Source: Sedimentisphaeraceae bacterium JB056 (GTDB lineage: Bacteria > Planctomycetota > Phycisphaerae > Sedimentisphaerales > Sedimentisphaeraceae). From it: a stretch of 64,000 nucleotides of DNA. Position 1 is the stretch's first letter; each line of letters begins with the position of its first letter. Made by a program: the position numbers and the translations under genes. The stretch spans positions 32,001 through 96,000 of the forward strand of contig JBITAJ010000021.1 in NCBI GenBank assembly GCA_044440125.1, given 5' to 3'. A model generated the notes under the pieces. It was not told where the DNA came from, ran no database searches, and was given only the letters and a program-made list of their open reading frames with translations. Shown here one piece after another: positions 51,301 to 61,001 of the stretch.

Positions 51301-51855
51301 AGCTCCTATATCAACACCTATCCAGTTGTGATAAGGATACCACCATGTATCTTCTGAAAAAACTATTCGTGATTTATGACGTGCAAAATTAGCCGCCGCA
51401 TCCGTAATAAGCTTTTTCTGCTGCTCACTCATGTAATCACCGCACCAGTCAAGTCCCATCGCATAAGCACGGTGCGGCACCATTTGCTCAGCAGATACAT
51501 CTTGTTTGATCGCAGCTTTTTCAAGCAGATCTACCGCAACTTCAGCATACTTAGTCTCACCGGTAATCAATGATGCAAAGCCCAGTATCTCAACACGTGA
51601 ATGAATCATCCTGTCGTACCAGCCGCTGCGATGCCACTGCTCTATAAACTTGTCAACATCAAGATATGCTTTTGAATCAGGGTCAAGATAGTTATTGGCG
51701 ACTTCAATATCCTTTTCCCAAACGTAAGCATATTCAGGAGTTTTAATTCGCTCCCTAATAGCAGGAATATCTTCATACCCAAAAAACAATTCAGGCTCAC
51801 CCAAACACCTTAAAGCACACAAACAAATTACAGATAACTGTATAATTTTTTTCAT
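48319..51855 (-). CDS. Secreted heparinase II/III-like lyase fused to a C-terminal (alpha/alpha)6 glycosidase-like domain
   Basis: Signal peptide; YHNWIG, EG.QY, WRTGW, THNQADKGHF, DPGY, HNCILING. C-terminal AYLKLFKITGEDKYF.AA..IAD...Q..NGSW and AYKATGEEIYL.KA..LAD helical hairpins. Confidence 0.78.
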   Translation of the reverse strand: MKKIIQLSVICLCALRCLGEPELFFGYEDIPAIRERIKTPEYAYVWEKDIEVANNYLDPDSKAYLDVDKFIEQWHRSGWYDRMIHSRVEILGFASLITGETKYAEVAVDLLEKAAIKQDVSAEQMVPHRAYAMGLDWCGDYMSEQQKKLITDAAANFARHKSRIVFSEDTWWYPYHNWIGVDIGAAGLIALKLRNEYPDESQIWIARCNEALKAWFRNAFDRNGGQVEGTQYYAFGFTNALRYGIALKRITGEDIFADSGINNLPNFLAMSLIPGEGEFDARNDAHYGGVGYVVATMYNEVFDSSLMAWLRENACDNKFSRDYTYPRGTPGYVPQRLVWSKDVKPLSPEQLGIKKGQFFPQRGLAIWRTGWEKEDIMFSMEAGPYYAVTHNQADKGHFTLYGLGYRWAPDPGYGNNREPQGRSQTDGHNCILINGKGQMLSGAALGTNGNMVRWYDHKSYGYCLTDSTEAYNKTIAVDSHESSQWWKDVGDGDKNSLEKDLAKHVYRHSLFVKKSGQRPAYVVMFDDVTSFEDKTDYTWQMITWPNIEFSTQENMITLRPVETKADSPRLELYVDTVAGKTIAVDIYEPGDNRKPVSYPRLRVNASEIDNPKFISILLPLESDVVSPDVQFLRKEDNSAIVTISWANGYKETISCPFADRFEPVITFSKPQHKSYAVTEAVRPGKIDEQPFWNNHSFTFTYAPSFEFGFVDGASEYVFAVTSSTKQVHRFTAKRPDASLSPIWEDIVTGEVSLKVVGIDDDGEVVGVSGERIFHKAAEYTGNYRDENYDYGESAREALQKLFELDYIRYWLDHDQPDPDYYDPVVGYQYAAKIISAVVDGAAMYYSLEPKPKDADEVLEIGIKAGDYLLSRHFPNGYALADFPPTYDKMETRGHMSEDNAMPMYGAEAGRAYLKLFKITGEDKYFIAAEKIADGFKRLQLDNGSWYLMVNVKTGEPVYDNYINPQDVVEYLEIFIDKYGRKDLQSVVDKAIQWTFDNPMKNLNWQNQFEDSVPTDAYKNLSHGQAVAFARYLFKNYADDPEKIEQAKELLRFVEDQFIVWSDPPQIPERTESYWPAESYSPDNWLFPCVCEQYLFWQPVNASSAKTISAFVQAYKATGEEIYLNKAKDLADTIVYAQKTYNDGSYKTYLITLERDFWVNCATYTAKTMLEFDDFLKDL

Positions 51856-51882
51856 AATATTCCTCTAAAATCAATATCTATC

Positions 51883-54351
51883 TTACATACCGCCAACGCA
51901 ACCTTGTTCATAAGGCATCGAACACCGCATCCATGATTGGGCAAAATCCGCAAGATCTTTCACATTAACTACACAATCTTCATTAATATCGCCAGAAATA
52001 GTATATGCGCAATTACCAATACCAAGATTGACATCAACACCATTAGCTGTCCAAACCATCTCATCTGTTCTGTCTGGCCAATTTATAGTAATTTTTCTCC
52101 CTTGAGCAACATCAGAGAAAGTTACATCAGGAAGCGTCTGGCTATTATAATGAGGCATCATAAACGTAATAAATCGAGGATTAACTGATTCGCAACTTGC
52201 CCTAAGTCTTGGGAACGATTCTGGAACTCTGCCATCATCAGGCTCATAAAAGTCAAACCCATAACTTATAGTCGATACCCCATCCATAATAACCTGCATA
52301 GCCGAATCAGCCGGAAAGAAAGTCATTGGAGATGTCACCAAAGCTTGTGACGCTTTGAAAAAAAAGCCCGGAGTAAACGGAGTTATTGGAGCACTCTGAC
52401 TGAGATTATCAGTAAGAAATGCTGCGGCAAGCTGCGATCCAGTCTCTCTTGTCTTAAACTTTATTTGATGAGTACCCGCTTCCAACTCAAATGAGACATG
52501 CAATTTCTCTGAAGTATCACTAACCTTTTCCCATGTCCATAAACGATCGGAATTTTGGCTGAAGTACCAATTAAACTCGTCCTGTTCATCAATCTGAACC
52601 TTAAAAGAATCTGACCCGCTAACAAATTCACCGTTAGCACGAACTCTACCCCAGAGTTCATACGTACCGGCCTCTGCAATATCTACAGTCCACACTGCTA
52701 ATCCTGTCCCACTCGTACCTTCAGGTGTTTCTACATATTCCAGCGGCATCACAATTGGATTATCTCCAGATATATCAATATCCATATTATCCCAGCTTAA
52801 AAGCTGCCATGTGTAATCATGGCTATTCTGATCTTTTTCAATATCATCAAAGACAACGGCATATGCAGGCTTACCTGAATGTTGACGTACATATACAGTA
52901 TGTCTCAATGCATGCTCTACAACCGCACCAGGCTGATCATAATTATTTGTATTGTAAGCTAACGTAGCATCTGCAAGAGCATACCCATAATTAGGATAAT
53001 TATAATAGGCAGATATTTCACCATCAGTTCCATAACTGGCTCCTGAAAGCGACTGCCCTGCACCATCAACAAGAATACAGTTGTGTGCTACAGTCTGGCA
53101 TCTTCCATTAACGTCACGATTATTACCATAAATAGTGTCTGCTGCCCATATATGACCTAATCCATAAAAGCCGAAATGTCCCTTATCTGCCTGATTATGC
53201 GTAACATCATAATAAGGCCCCGCCTCTATCGTAAACAGCGTATCTTCAACTTGCCAACCACTTCTAAACGCAGCAAGCCCTCTTTGCACGAAATGTTCAT
53301 TTAAAGGCTCCTCCGAATCCGTCACAGATAATGGAGTTACATCATTGTCCCAAATGATTCTCAAAGGCGAGTAACCACCAATATGATAATCCTGCTCCCA
53401 ATATTGCTGTGCCTCATCCCATAACCATCTCAAAAGTGAACTGTCGATTCCCTCAGAAAGCCTTAAAATAGAAACATCAAAACCATAAGAGTATCTTGAA
53501 TCATTACGTCCTTCGTAAACAGCCATGCCCGGCAAACGTATCTGGGCTAAATAGTGTGCAATCTGGCTCAAGTTTGCATTTGTAAATATATCAACTGACT
53601 TGTTTCTTTTCAAAGCATCAGCAAGAGCAATTGCATTCGAAAAACCATACTGCATATAGTCATGCCCCTCAAAATACGCACCTTTCTGGTCAAAACCCAT
53701 ATTGAACCATTCCAAAATAGAATTCTCAGCAACCGATATCCATGCAGGAGCATCATCTGGATAAACATCTTCCATGACTATAGCCAGAAGCCCCATCCCC
53801 CCATAACCAACACCCATAAAATTATGATACGGTCCCCAATTGCCAAACTCAACGCTCCACTCTATGTACTCTCTTGCAACTGTCTCGATTTTGGCCTTCT
53901 GTTCAACAGTCATTGCCGAATAGAGCCAGTCGTAACCAACGGCAAGCGTTCGCATCATGTCAAGGTTCATATCAAGCAAACTTCCTTCCGGAGCTTCATA
54001 ATCAGCCGCTGATGCCAAAATAGCCGCTCCATGATTACCATAAAACGGATTGCCTGTAATCTGGTAAACAAACCCTATAGTTTCAACCCAACCCTGCACA
54101 TCCCTGCCATACCAGCCATAATCACCGTCAACAAACCACGAAGACGTCGGATCAACATACTCAGGAGAAGACACCGTACAATAATCGTTAGCCTTCTGCA
54201 ATATTGCCTGCCATACGGGCTCAAGCTCAGGTTCATGTATCCTTTGCCTCAATTCAGATACGTCAGAGGAAGTAAAAAAAAGTTTTGGACTTGATGCAAA
54301 ACAGGAAACTGACGCCGCACCAAGTAAAATTACACATAAAAGCTTTTTCAT
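51883..54351 (-). CDS. Secreted heparinase II/III-like (DUF4962-type) lyase with inserted CBM-like domain and dockerin-like tail
   Basis: Signal peptide; SPKLFF, PYHNF.G, EGHDY, FRSGW, THNQADKGHF, HNCILVDG; GDINEDCVVNVKDLADFAQSWMRC. Confidence 0.82.
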   Translation of the reverse strand: MKKLLCVILLGAASVSCFASSPKLFFTSSDVSELRQRIHEPELEPVWQAILQKANDYCTVSSPEYVDPTSSWFVDGDYGWYGRDVQGWVETIGFVYQITGNPFYGNHGAAILASAADYEAPEGSLLDMNLDMMRTLAVGYDWLYSAMTVEQKAKIETVAREYIEWSVEFGNWGPYHNFMGVGYGGMGLLAIVMEDVYPDDAPAWISVAENSILEWFNMGFDQKGAYFEGHDYMQYGFSNAIALADALKRNKSVDIFTNANLSQIAHYLAQIRLPGMAVYEGRNDSRYSYGFDVSILRLSEGIDSSLLRWLWDEAQQYWEQDYHIGGYSPLRIIWDNDVTPLSVTDSEEPLNEHFVQRGLAAFRSGWQVEDTLFTIEAGPYYDVTHNQADKGHFGFYGLGHIWAADTIYGNNRDVNGRCQTVAHNCILVDGAGQSLSGASYGTDGEISAYYNYPNYGYALADATLAYNTNNYDQPGAVVEHALRHTVYVRQHSGKPAYAVVFDDIEKDQNSHDYTWQLLSWDNMDIDISGDNPIVMPLEYVETPEGTSGTGLAVWTVDIAEAGTYELWGRVRANGEFVSGSDSFKVQIDEQDEFNWYFSQNSDRLWTWEKVSDTSEKLHVSFELEAGTHQIKFKTRETGSQLAAAFLTDNLSQSAPITPFTPGFFFKASQALVTSPMTFFPADSAMQVIMDGVSTISYGFDFYEPDDGRVPESFPRLRASCESVNPRFITFMMPHYNSQTLPDVTFSDVAQGRKITINWPDRTDEMVWTANGVDVNLGIGNCAYTISGDINEDCVVNVKDLADFAQSWMRCSMPYEQGCVGGM

Positions 54352-54384
54352 TGTATCTTCCTTAAATTAGTCAACTTTTTCAAA

Positions 54385-56202
54385 TCACTCAACTTTCAGC
54401 ACAATCTTTTCTCCGTCATAATTTATCGCAACCTCACCGCTTCCCCATTCTGAATAAGCGAAAGGACTAACAAATCTGGGGTAATCGAGGTTTTCATCTC
54501 TGCCATTATGACGACGTTTACCATCTATATCAATCTCCAGAACCCCCTCTGATTTGGAGCTGTAAACAAAGTACATTTTCTCTTTGTTGAATTCGGCTTT
54601 ATTGCTTGTAAGCTCATTGATAAACTGCTCAAAGCTTTTATCATCAAGGTTTGCCGTCTCACATACAACAGCGTGCTTGCTTCCCTCGCAGATTATCTCT
54701 TCATCTTTATATCTACCTTCAGTTACCCATTTATACGGGCTCGAAAACCGCAGGCCTACGGCACTTTTGCCATATCTGCCAAATATCCAATTACCCCTTT
54801 CGACAATCTCGTCAAACCTTTGACGGGGGAAATAAGCATGAATATACTGATAGGTCATCCGCGGCTCAATATCATAAAGAGCAATAAGAGCATTTCTTTG
54901 CTGGAAAAACTGCCCACCGCTTCCTATCCAGTACCTGCCTGGTTCACCGTCATCGGGCCCCAGTGGGTGGCCAGTAAATACTCTCAGAAGCGTATCGCCA
55001 ACAAATGAGAGATCCCACTGATGTTGCTGATGGTTTCTGTACCATGCGCCAGCATGGCCTTCGGGATAATCATCCTGATACTGCACACAGCCCATTATGT
55101 ATTTGGGCGTTACGTATGTATATTTGCGTATGCTCCCCTCAAGAGGCTCAAAAGGCCGAGGATCCAAAACATTGTGCAGATGTACGCGTTCGAGGTTAAC
55201 ATAAGGTTCTCGCTCTCCCCTGGCCAACTTGACAATAAGAGGAAGAGGACGGTATTCAGTACCGTAAAAATGAATCATCGGAAAATGACTTCTGCTGAGT
55301 TGGTTATTATCAAAATAAAGATAATTGATCAAATATGATGCCGGCGTTTTATGGTCAAATCCACTCTTAGGACCGCCTCTGCCGCGTGCTCCGCCGTAGA
55401 TTCCCTCAACAGAATTAATCGCCATGCCGAGTGTAAGCATATCAAGGTTAAGCCGAGCAAGTTCTTTTATTTTTTGATCTGGTGAGAAATCATAGAGGTT
55501 CAGCATACACTCAAACTGAGCATGAATATATGCGGAGTCAAACTCTCCCCATCCTTTTTCAGTCCGAAACCGCATAAAATCAAGCAACCAGTTTTTATCC
55601 TGAACTGCCAGAACAGCCGCTTCATCCCTGTAATTCTCGAACCACCTGTGATAAATACCGTCTTTCATATAAATCGTACCAATGGTTTCATCAGTGTATT
55701 CACCGCTCGGGAAGTCCTCCGGCGGCAATGCCAACGTTGAAGCCATCAGATAACGGCTCGAACGGAAAAGCAGGTAATGGTTTTCGGAAGGGAAAATGCT
55801 CTTAAAATCATATTCGGTAAAGAACTTCTCTATAGCTTGTTTTGTTTCGAGGTAAAGATTGTCATTATCTTTTGTCAGATAATAGAGACGACAAAGGGTC
55901 GCCGCGGCGAAATCTACTTCACCATCAAGCATTCTACCTCTGGGATGCGGATGTTCAAACCACTGAGCAACTTCTTTCACTATCGCATTAACCTCATCAA
56001 GATCAACGCCTTTTACCAGTCTCAAGGCCGCATTTCTGCCATAAACATCATCTTTCCGGCTTTGAGGTGCACCCTGAAGCTGTTCTTGTACAAGATTATT
56101 AAATCTTTTTTGATAACCATTTTCAACTTCACCAATAGAGCTATTTATAAAAAACACAATTACACATATGCTGAAAGCTATTAAATGAGTGTGGTTTAAC
56201 AT
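54385..56202 (-). CDS. Secreted conserved hypothetical protein, possible lyase-like fold
   Basis: 605-aa ORF with signal peptide; helical N-half (SENH, WGEFDSAY) and beta-rich C-half (QQHQW, HAYFP, WIFGR); flanked by lyases. Confidence 0.65.
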   Translation of the reverse strand: MLNHTHLIAFSICVIVFFINSSIGEVENGYQKRFNNLVQEQLQGAPQSRKDDVYGRNAALRLVKGVDLDEVNAIVKEVAQWFEHPHPRGRMLDGEVDFAAATLCRLYYLTKDNDNLYLETKQAIEKFFTEYDFKSIFPSENHYLLFRSSRYLMASTLALPPEDFPSGEYTDETIGTIYMKDGIYHRWFENYRDEAAVLAVQDKNWLLDFMRFRTEKGWGEFDSAYIHAQFECMLNLYDFSPDQKIKELARLNLDMLTLGMAINSVEGIYGGARGRGGPKSGFDHKTPASYLINYLYFDNNQLSRSHFPMIHFYGTEYRPLPLIVKLARGEREPYVNLERVHLHNVLDPRPFEPLEGSIRKYTYVTPKYIMGCVQYQDDYPEGHAGAWYRNHQQHQWDLSFVGDTLLRVFTGHPLGPDDGEPGRYWIGSGGQFFQQRNALIALYDIEPRMTYQYIHAYFPRQRFDEIVERGNWIFGRYGKSAVGLRFSSPYKWVTEGRYKDEEIICEGSKHAVVCETANLDDKSFEQFINELTSNKAEFNKEKMYFVYSSKSEGVLEIDIDGKRRHNGRDENLDYPRFVSPFAYSEWGSGEVAINYDGEKIVLKVE

Positions 56203-56294
56203 CTTGTTTCCTGTTCACCGAAAATTGTCATAAAAAGTTAAAATCGTTATTGTAAAATGTACGGCAGTAAGCAAAGTAAAACACATACTACCAT

Positions 56295-56329
56295 TTAACT
56301 CCCCGTGTGTATAGAACACGGGGAGTTAA
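56295..56329 (-). terminator. Strong stem-loop downstream of the LamG2-lyase gene
   Basis: Perfect 14-bp stem TTAACTCCCCGTGT/ACACGGGGAGTTAA, 7-nt loop. Confidence 0.7.
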
Positions 56330-56335
56330 TATATA

Positions 56336-59300
56336 TCATTGATCTATATCGCATGTAACACCGCTTGATGTCCATGTCATTTCGTCTGTCCTGTCTGCCC
56401 AGGTAACAGTAATCTTCCTGCATCCCTGCACATCCGTAAATGTTACGGCAGGCGCTGTCTGATTACTATAACACGGCATCATAAAAGCGATAAACTTAGG
56501 AGCTACCGCATTGCAGCTGGCTCTCAATCTCGGGAACAACTCAGGCACTCTGCCATCGTCAGGCTCATAGAAGTCAAACCCATAACTTATCGTTGAAGCT
56601 CCATCCATTACCACTTTCATTGACGAATCAGCCGGATAAAATTCCATTGGCAAGGTAACCGTCGCATCTTCCGCTTTCAAATATATCCCCTGATCCTGCG
56701 GCAGTACCGGAGCACTCTGGCTTAGATTGCTGGTAAGAAACGCTGCTGCTAATTGAGCACCGGTCTCACGTGTTTTTATCTTTATCTGATGAGTTCCAGC
56801 AGTAAGAGAGAAAGAAACATACGATTTTGAAGAAGTATCAGTTACTTTTTCCCATGTCCACAAACGATCAGATGTTTGCGTTAGATACCAGTTAATATCC
56901 GTCATGCTGTCAATCTGAACCTTGAAAGAATCCGAACCGCTAACAGATTCGCCATTAGCCCGCACTCTGCCCCAAAGCTCATAAGTACCGGTCTGTGGCA
57001 CCGTTATGGTCCACACTGCCGAGCCCGTCCCGCTTGTTCCTTCAGGCGTTTCAACATATTCCATCGGTATAACGACAGGATTGGCTCCTGAGATATCTAT
57101 ATCCATATTATCCCAGCTCAAAAGCTGCCATGTATAACTATGACTGCTCTGATCTTTCTGGATGTCGTCAAAAACTACCGCATACGCTGGTTTGTCTTGG
57201 GTCGGACGAACATAAACAGAGTGTCTTATCGCATGATCGACCACCGCCCCGCTTTGTCCTTCACTGTTTATGTTATAGGCGGAGGTTGCATCGGCAACGA
57301 CATAACCGTAATCGCTATAATTTGCATACGTAAGAATCTCACCATCAGTTCCATAGCTTGCACCTGTAAGTGCCTGACCGACACCGTCAACCAATATACA
57401 ATTATGTGCAACCGTCTGGCATCTGCCGTTCAGGTCACGATTGTTGCCATAGATAGTATCAGCCGCCCACATATGCCCCAAGCCATAAAAGCCAAAATGT
57501 CCTTTATCTGCCTGATTATGCGTAACATCATAATACGGACCGGCCTCCATAGTAAAGAGAGTGTCATCGGTATCCCAACCACTTCTAAAAGTAACCAAAC
57601 CTCGCTGCGTAAAATGTTCAGCAAGAGGTTCGTTCGCCTGATCAATATCCAGCGGAGTAATATCATTGTCCCAAACGATCCTAAGAGGAGAATAACCACC
57701 TACATGATAGTCTTCTTCCCAATACAACTCCGACCTATTCCACATCCATTTCAAGAGCGGACTATTTACAGCATTCATAAAACTCAAAATACTGACATTC
57801 ATATCTGTAGAATATCTCGAATCGTTCCTGCCCTCATACGTATCCATTCCCGGCAGCCGTATCATAGAAAGATAATGCTCAATCATGCCTACGTGGGAAT
57901 GCAGAATAAGATTGCTGCGTTTGGTCGCACGCAAAGCATCGGCGAAAGCGATACCATTTGACAAACCGTAATACATGTAATCATGCCCTTCAACATACGC
58001 ACCTGTTTGGTCAAAACCGTTATCAAACCAGTCTTCGACGTAACTTTCAGCATCGGCTATCCATTGCGGCGAATCATCGGGGTACACGTCTTCCATTACC
58101 AAGGCCAGCAAACCTGTACCGCCAAATGCCACACCGTTGAAATTATGGTAAGGTGTCCAGAGCGTCGGCGGAAAATAGTCAAAACTCCACTCTATATAAT
58201 CCAATGCACAAGCTTCAACAGCAGCCTTCTGATCAGCCGTCATTGCGTCTGATAGCCAGTCGTAACCAACTGCAAGAGTTCGCATCATATCGATATTCAT
58301 CGGCAGTAAACTTCCAACTGGTGCTTCATAGGCGGTTGAAGCCTCTAAAATAGCAGCACCATGCTTACCGTAGAATGAATCTCCTGTCATCTGATATGCA
58401 AAACCTATCGTCTCTACCCAGCCTTGCAAATCGCGGCCATACCAGCCGTAATCACCTTCAGTGAACCATGACGACTGGGGATCGATATAGTCAGCTGAAG
58501 TCGGCGTACAATAATCATCCGCCTTCTGCAATATCTCATCCCATATCGGCTCAATATCATTCTCTTGCAGCTTTTGCCTAAGCGTAAGAATATCTGCAGA
58601 AGTAAAGAAAAGTTTAGGCGAACCTCCACGGAAATCAGTAAAACATACAGAAACTTCATCTATAAAACCGTCAAAGTTACGATTATCTGTATACTTACAA
58701 CCTACATATATTCTTTTATCAGTTTGAATACTTACTCCATTGTTGAGGCTTCTGGTATCAGTGCTGCCATCAACATCAAGTACGAGAGTATCATCCTGAG
58801 TTGATGCAGTCATCACCAGATGCGTCCATTGTCCTTTAGCATAGGATACACTTGCTACCGCATAACCGCCAGTCGTGCCAAAAACGTAAGCTTTAACCAC
58901 ATTATTTACGCTGTTAAGACGTATCTCCCAAACCGACCCTTCTGCTGCCGAGATAAGAGTCTGATCCGTGCTTATACCGGTGTTCTGATTGAACCAGAGT
59001 TCAACGCGCACTGAATCATAACCGTTCCACACATCATTGCAAAGCATCATCTGTTTTGCCGAGCTGGAAAACTGCATGGCCTCTTCAAACTTGCCGCCCC
59101 CACCTGTCGTCAGAGTTGGGTATTTGCTCACAGTATTTGCATTATCGCCTAATGCAATATTATAAGCGGTGCGGGGAGACGCGATATTATCATCCGGAAC
59201 ACATGGCCGCTGCGACAATCCGACCGGAATCGTCTCATCCATATGCCATAAGACCACTGCTGGTGAAGCAGGTAACGACACCTTTACTTCATCTATCAAA

Positions 59301-59992
59301 CCATCAAAATGTCGACTTCCGGTTTGTTTACATCCTACATATATCCTTTTGCCGGTTTGTATATTCATTCCGCCGTTAAGTGCGGTAATATCAAAATCAC
59401 CGTCAACGTTGAGCACAAGGACGTCTTCACATGCCGAAGCCGTCATGACCACATGCATCCATTGCCCTTTGGTATAAGAAACCGTCGCATCAGCGTATCC
59501 GCCACTGGTACCAAAAACATAAGCCTTCGCCACGCTATTGGTACTGTCAAGCCGTATCTCCCAAACCGAACCTTCCATAGCAGAAATCAATGTTTGCTCA
59601 CCGGAAGCTGAAGTATCTTGTTTGAACCAAAGTTCAACACGTACAGCATTATGTCCATTCCATACATCATTTCGCAACATCATCTGACCGGATGCACTGG
59701 AAAACTGCATCGCCTCATCAAACATTCCACCATCTCCTGTAGTCAATGCAGGACGAGTACCGGGAGTATCTGAATTGTCCCCCAGCGCAAGATGGTAAGC
59801 AGTACGGGATGTTTCAGAGTTATCATCCGGAACATAAGGCCTCTGAGAGGCTCCAATTGGAATTGTTTCATCCATATGCCAAAGAGCGATCGTGGTTGAA
59901 TCATCAACCAATGCTCCAGCAAATGCGAATCGGCTAATGAAAACTGAAATAATTATAACAAGTAACTGTACCATCTTGAATTGAATTCTCAT
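56336..59992 (-). CDS. Secreted LamG-LamG + heparinase II/III-like lyase (paralog of 51883-54351)
   Basis: Signal peptide; tandem LWHMDET..FDG.IDEV LamG domains; catalytic module co-linear with 51883-54351. Confidence 0.85.
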   Translation of the reverse strand: MRIQFKMVQLLVIIISVFISRFAFAGALVDDSTTIALWHMDETIPIGASQRPYVPDDNSETSRTAYHLALGDNSDTPGTRPALTTGDGGMFDEAMQFSSASGQMMLRNDVWNGHNAVRVELWFKQDTSASGEQTLISAMEGSVWEIRLDSTNSVAKAYVFGTSGGYADATVSYTKGQWMHVVMTASACEDVLVLNVDGDFDITALNGGMNIQTGKRIYVGCKQTGSRHFDGLIDEVKVSLPASPAVVLWHMDETIPVGLSQRPCVPDDNIASPRTAYNIALGDNANTVSKYPTLTTGGGGKFEEAMQFSSSAKQMMLCNDVWNGYDSVRVELWFNQNTGISTDQTLISAAEGSVWEIRLNSVNNVVKAYVFGTTGGYAVASVSYAKGQWTHLVMTASTQDDTLVLDVDGSTDTRSLNNGVSIQTDKRIYVGCKYTDNRNFDGFIDEVSVCFTDFRGGSPKLFFTSADILTLRQKLQENDIEPIWDEILQKADDYCTPTSADYIDPQSSWFTEGDYGWYGRDLQGWVETIGFAYQMTGDSFYGKHGAAILEASTAYEAPVGSLLPMNIDMMRTLAVGYDWLSDAMTADQKAAVEACALDYIEWSFDYFPPTLWTPYHNFNGVAFGGTGLLALVMEDVYPDDSPQWIADAESYVEDWFDNGFDQTGAYVEGHDYMYYGLSNGIAFADALRATKRSNLILHSHVGMIEHYLSMIRLPGMDTYEGRNDSRYSTDMNVSILSFMNAVNSPLLKWMWNRSELYWEEDYHVGGYSPLRIVWDNDITPLDIDQANEPLAEHFTQRGLVTFRSGWDTDDTLFTMEAGPYYDVTHNQADKGHFGFYGLGHMWAADTIYGNNRDLNGRCQTVAHNCILVDGVGQALTGASYGTDGEILTYANYSDYGYVVADATSAYNINSEGQSGAVVDHAIRHSVYVRPTQDKPAYAVVFDDIQKDQSSHSYTWQLLSWDNMDIDISGANPVVIPMEYVETPEGTSGTGSAVWTITVPQTGTYELWGRVRANGESVSGSDSFKVQIDSMTDINWYLTQTSDRLWTWEKVTDTSSKSYVSFSLTAGTHQIKIKTRETGAQLAAAFLTSNLSQSAPVLPQDQGIYLKAEDATVTLPMEFYPADSSMKVVMDGASTISYGFDFYEPDDGRVPELFPRLRASCNAVAPKFIAFMMPCYSNQTAPAVTFTDVQGCRKITVTWADRTDEMTWTSSGVTCDIDQ

Positions 59993-60047
59993 AATTAAGC
60001 CTCCTTAAAACTATTTATAGTATCCACGTAATATCAAGTGTACTGTA

Positions 60048-60079
60048 ATAAAATTCCCCGGATTTTAGGCCGGGGAATT
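60048..60079 (-). terminator. Rho-independent terminator/attenuating hairpin
   Basis: AATTCCCCGG/CCGGGGAATT stem followed on the minus strand by TTATT. Confidence 0.68.
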
Positions 60080-60113
60080 CAATAATACTTTATAAATCTG
60101 TTTGCAAAGAAAA

Positions 60114-60971
60114 TTAGTTGAGATTGCTGCAGTTTGCGTCAACCGGATCGGTACAATTCGCCCAATCAACAGCAACTAAAGCAAAATCGTCCAATCCTAC
60201 GTTGCAGTCCTTATTAACATCACCTGGTGCAATACCCCAAAGTCCACAGTCATCAACGCCTAACAGCGTAATGGTGTTCCAGCCGCTTACGGTACCTATA
60301 CCTGTTACACCGTTTAGGCCGTAGTCAAACATCGTAGTCTCATAATTATCAGAGTCGTAATCCACAACAATAAATCCTATGCCGTGTACATCACCCGGTG
60401 ATACCTGATATCCGTCAAAATCGCTCCACGGTATAGCTATTTCCAACGTATAGCCATCAGCAAGGATTGCACCGCCGATAGCAGCATTAGGTAGTGAGTA
60501 AAGTTCGCCTTCATGCTTGTATATAAAAGGCCCGTTATCATTGGCATCGCTAACGGCAAAATCGTATATCGGAGCATTTGCCTGTGAAACAGCGTCAGGA
60601 TTATTCAGCAGATTAAAGCACATCTGGAAAACATCCTGGCTGTTGAACGGGCCGGGATAATACTGAAGAAAGCTTAAACTCTGATCATAAACTCTTGCAC
60701 CAAGATATAGATTGGAAAAATCCCACTTCATATAAATATCGGCGCTGAAATCAGCGGCATTGTCTGGAACGAAATCACGAAGCGAACCTTCATTCGGCGA
60801 GGTGATTATATCTGGATAAACAATTGAAAAGCTATATGCATCGGCCCATTGAGAAGATATGTCACCGTCAATAGTGGGCGCATCGGTAGCAATTGGGATA
60901 TTGTAGTTAACACCTAAGCAAAGCGATGCCAGGACCAAAACCGTCATAATTTTAAATGATATATGTTTCAT
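60114..60971 (-). CDS. Secreted CBM9-like sugar-binding protein with dockerin-like tail
   Basis: APTIDGDI..W, MKWD..NLYLGARVYD, GYTLEIAIPWSD, G.GF.V.DYD; GDVNKDCNVGLDDF..VAVDWANC. Confidence 0.85.
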   Translation of the reverse strand: MKHISFKIMTVLVLASLCLGVNYNIPIATDAPTIDGDISSQWADAYSFSIVYPDIITSPNEGSLRDFVPDNAADFSADIYMKWDFSNLYLGARVYDQSLSFLQYYPGPFNSQDVFQMCFNLLNNPDAVSQANAPIYDFAVSDANDNGPFIYKHEGELYSLPNAAIGGAILADGYTLEIAIPWSDFDGYQVSPGDVHGIGFIVVDYDSDNYETTMFDYGLNGVTGIGTVSGWNTITLLGVDDCGLWGIAPGDVNKDCNVGLDDFALVAVDWANCTDPVDANCSNLN

Positions 60972-61001
60972 TTTATATTCTCCTTGTATAAATGGCTCTT
61001 C

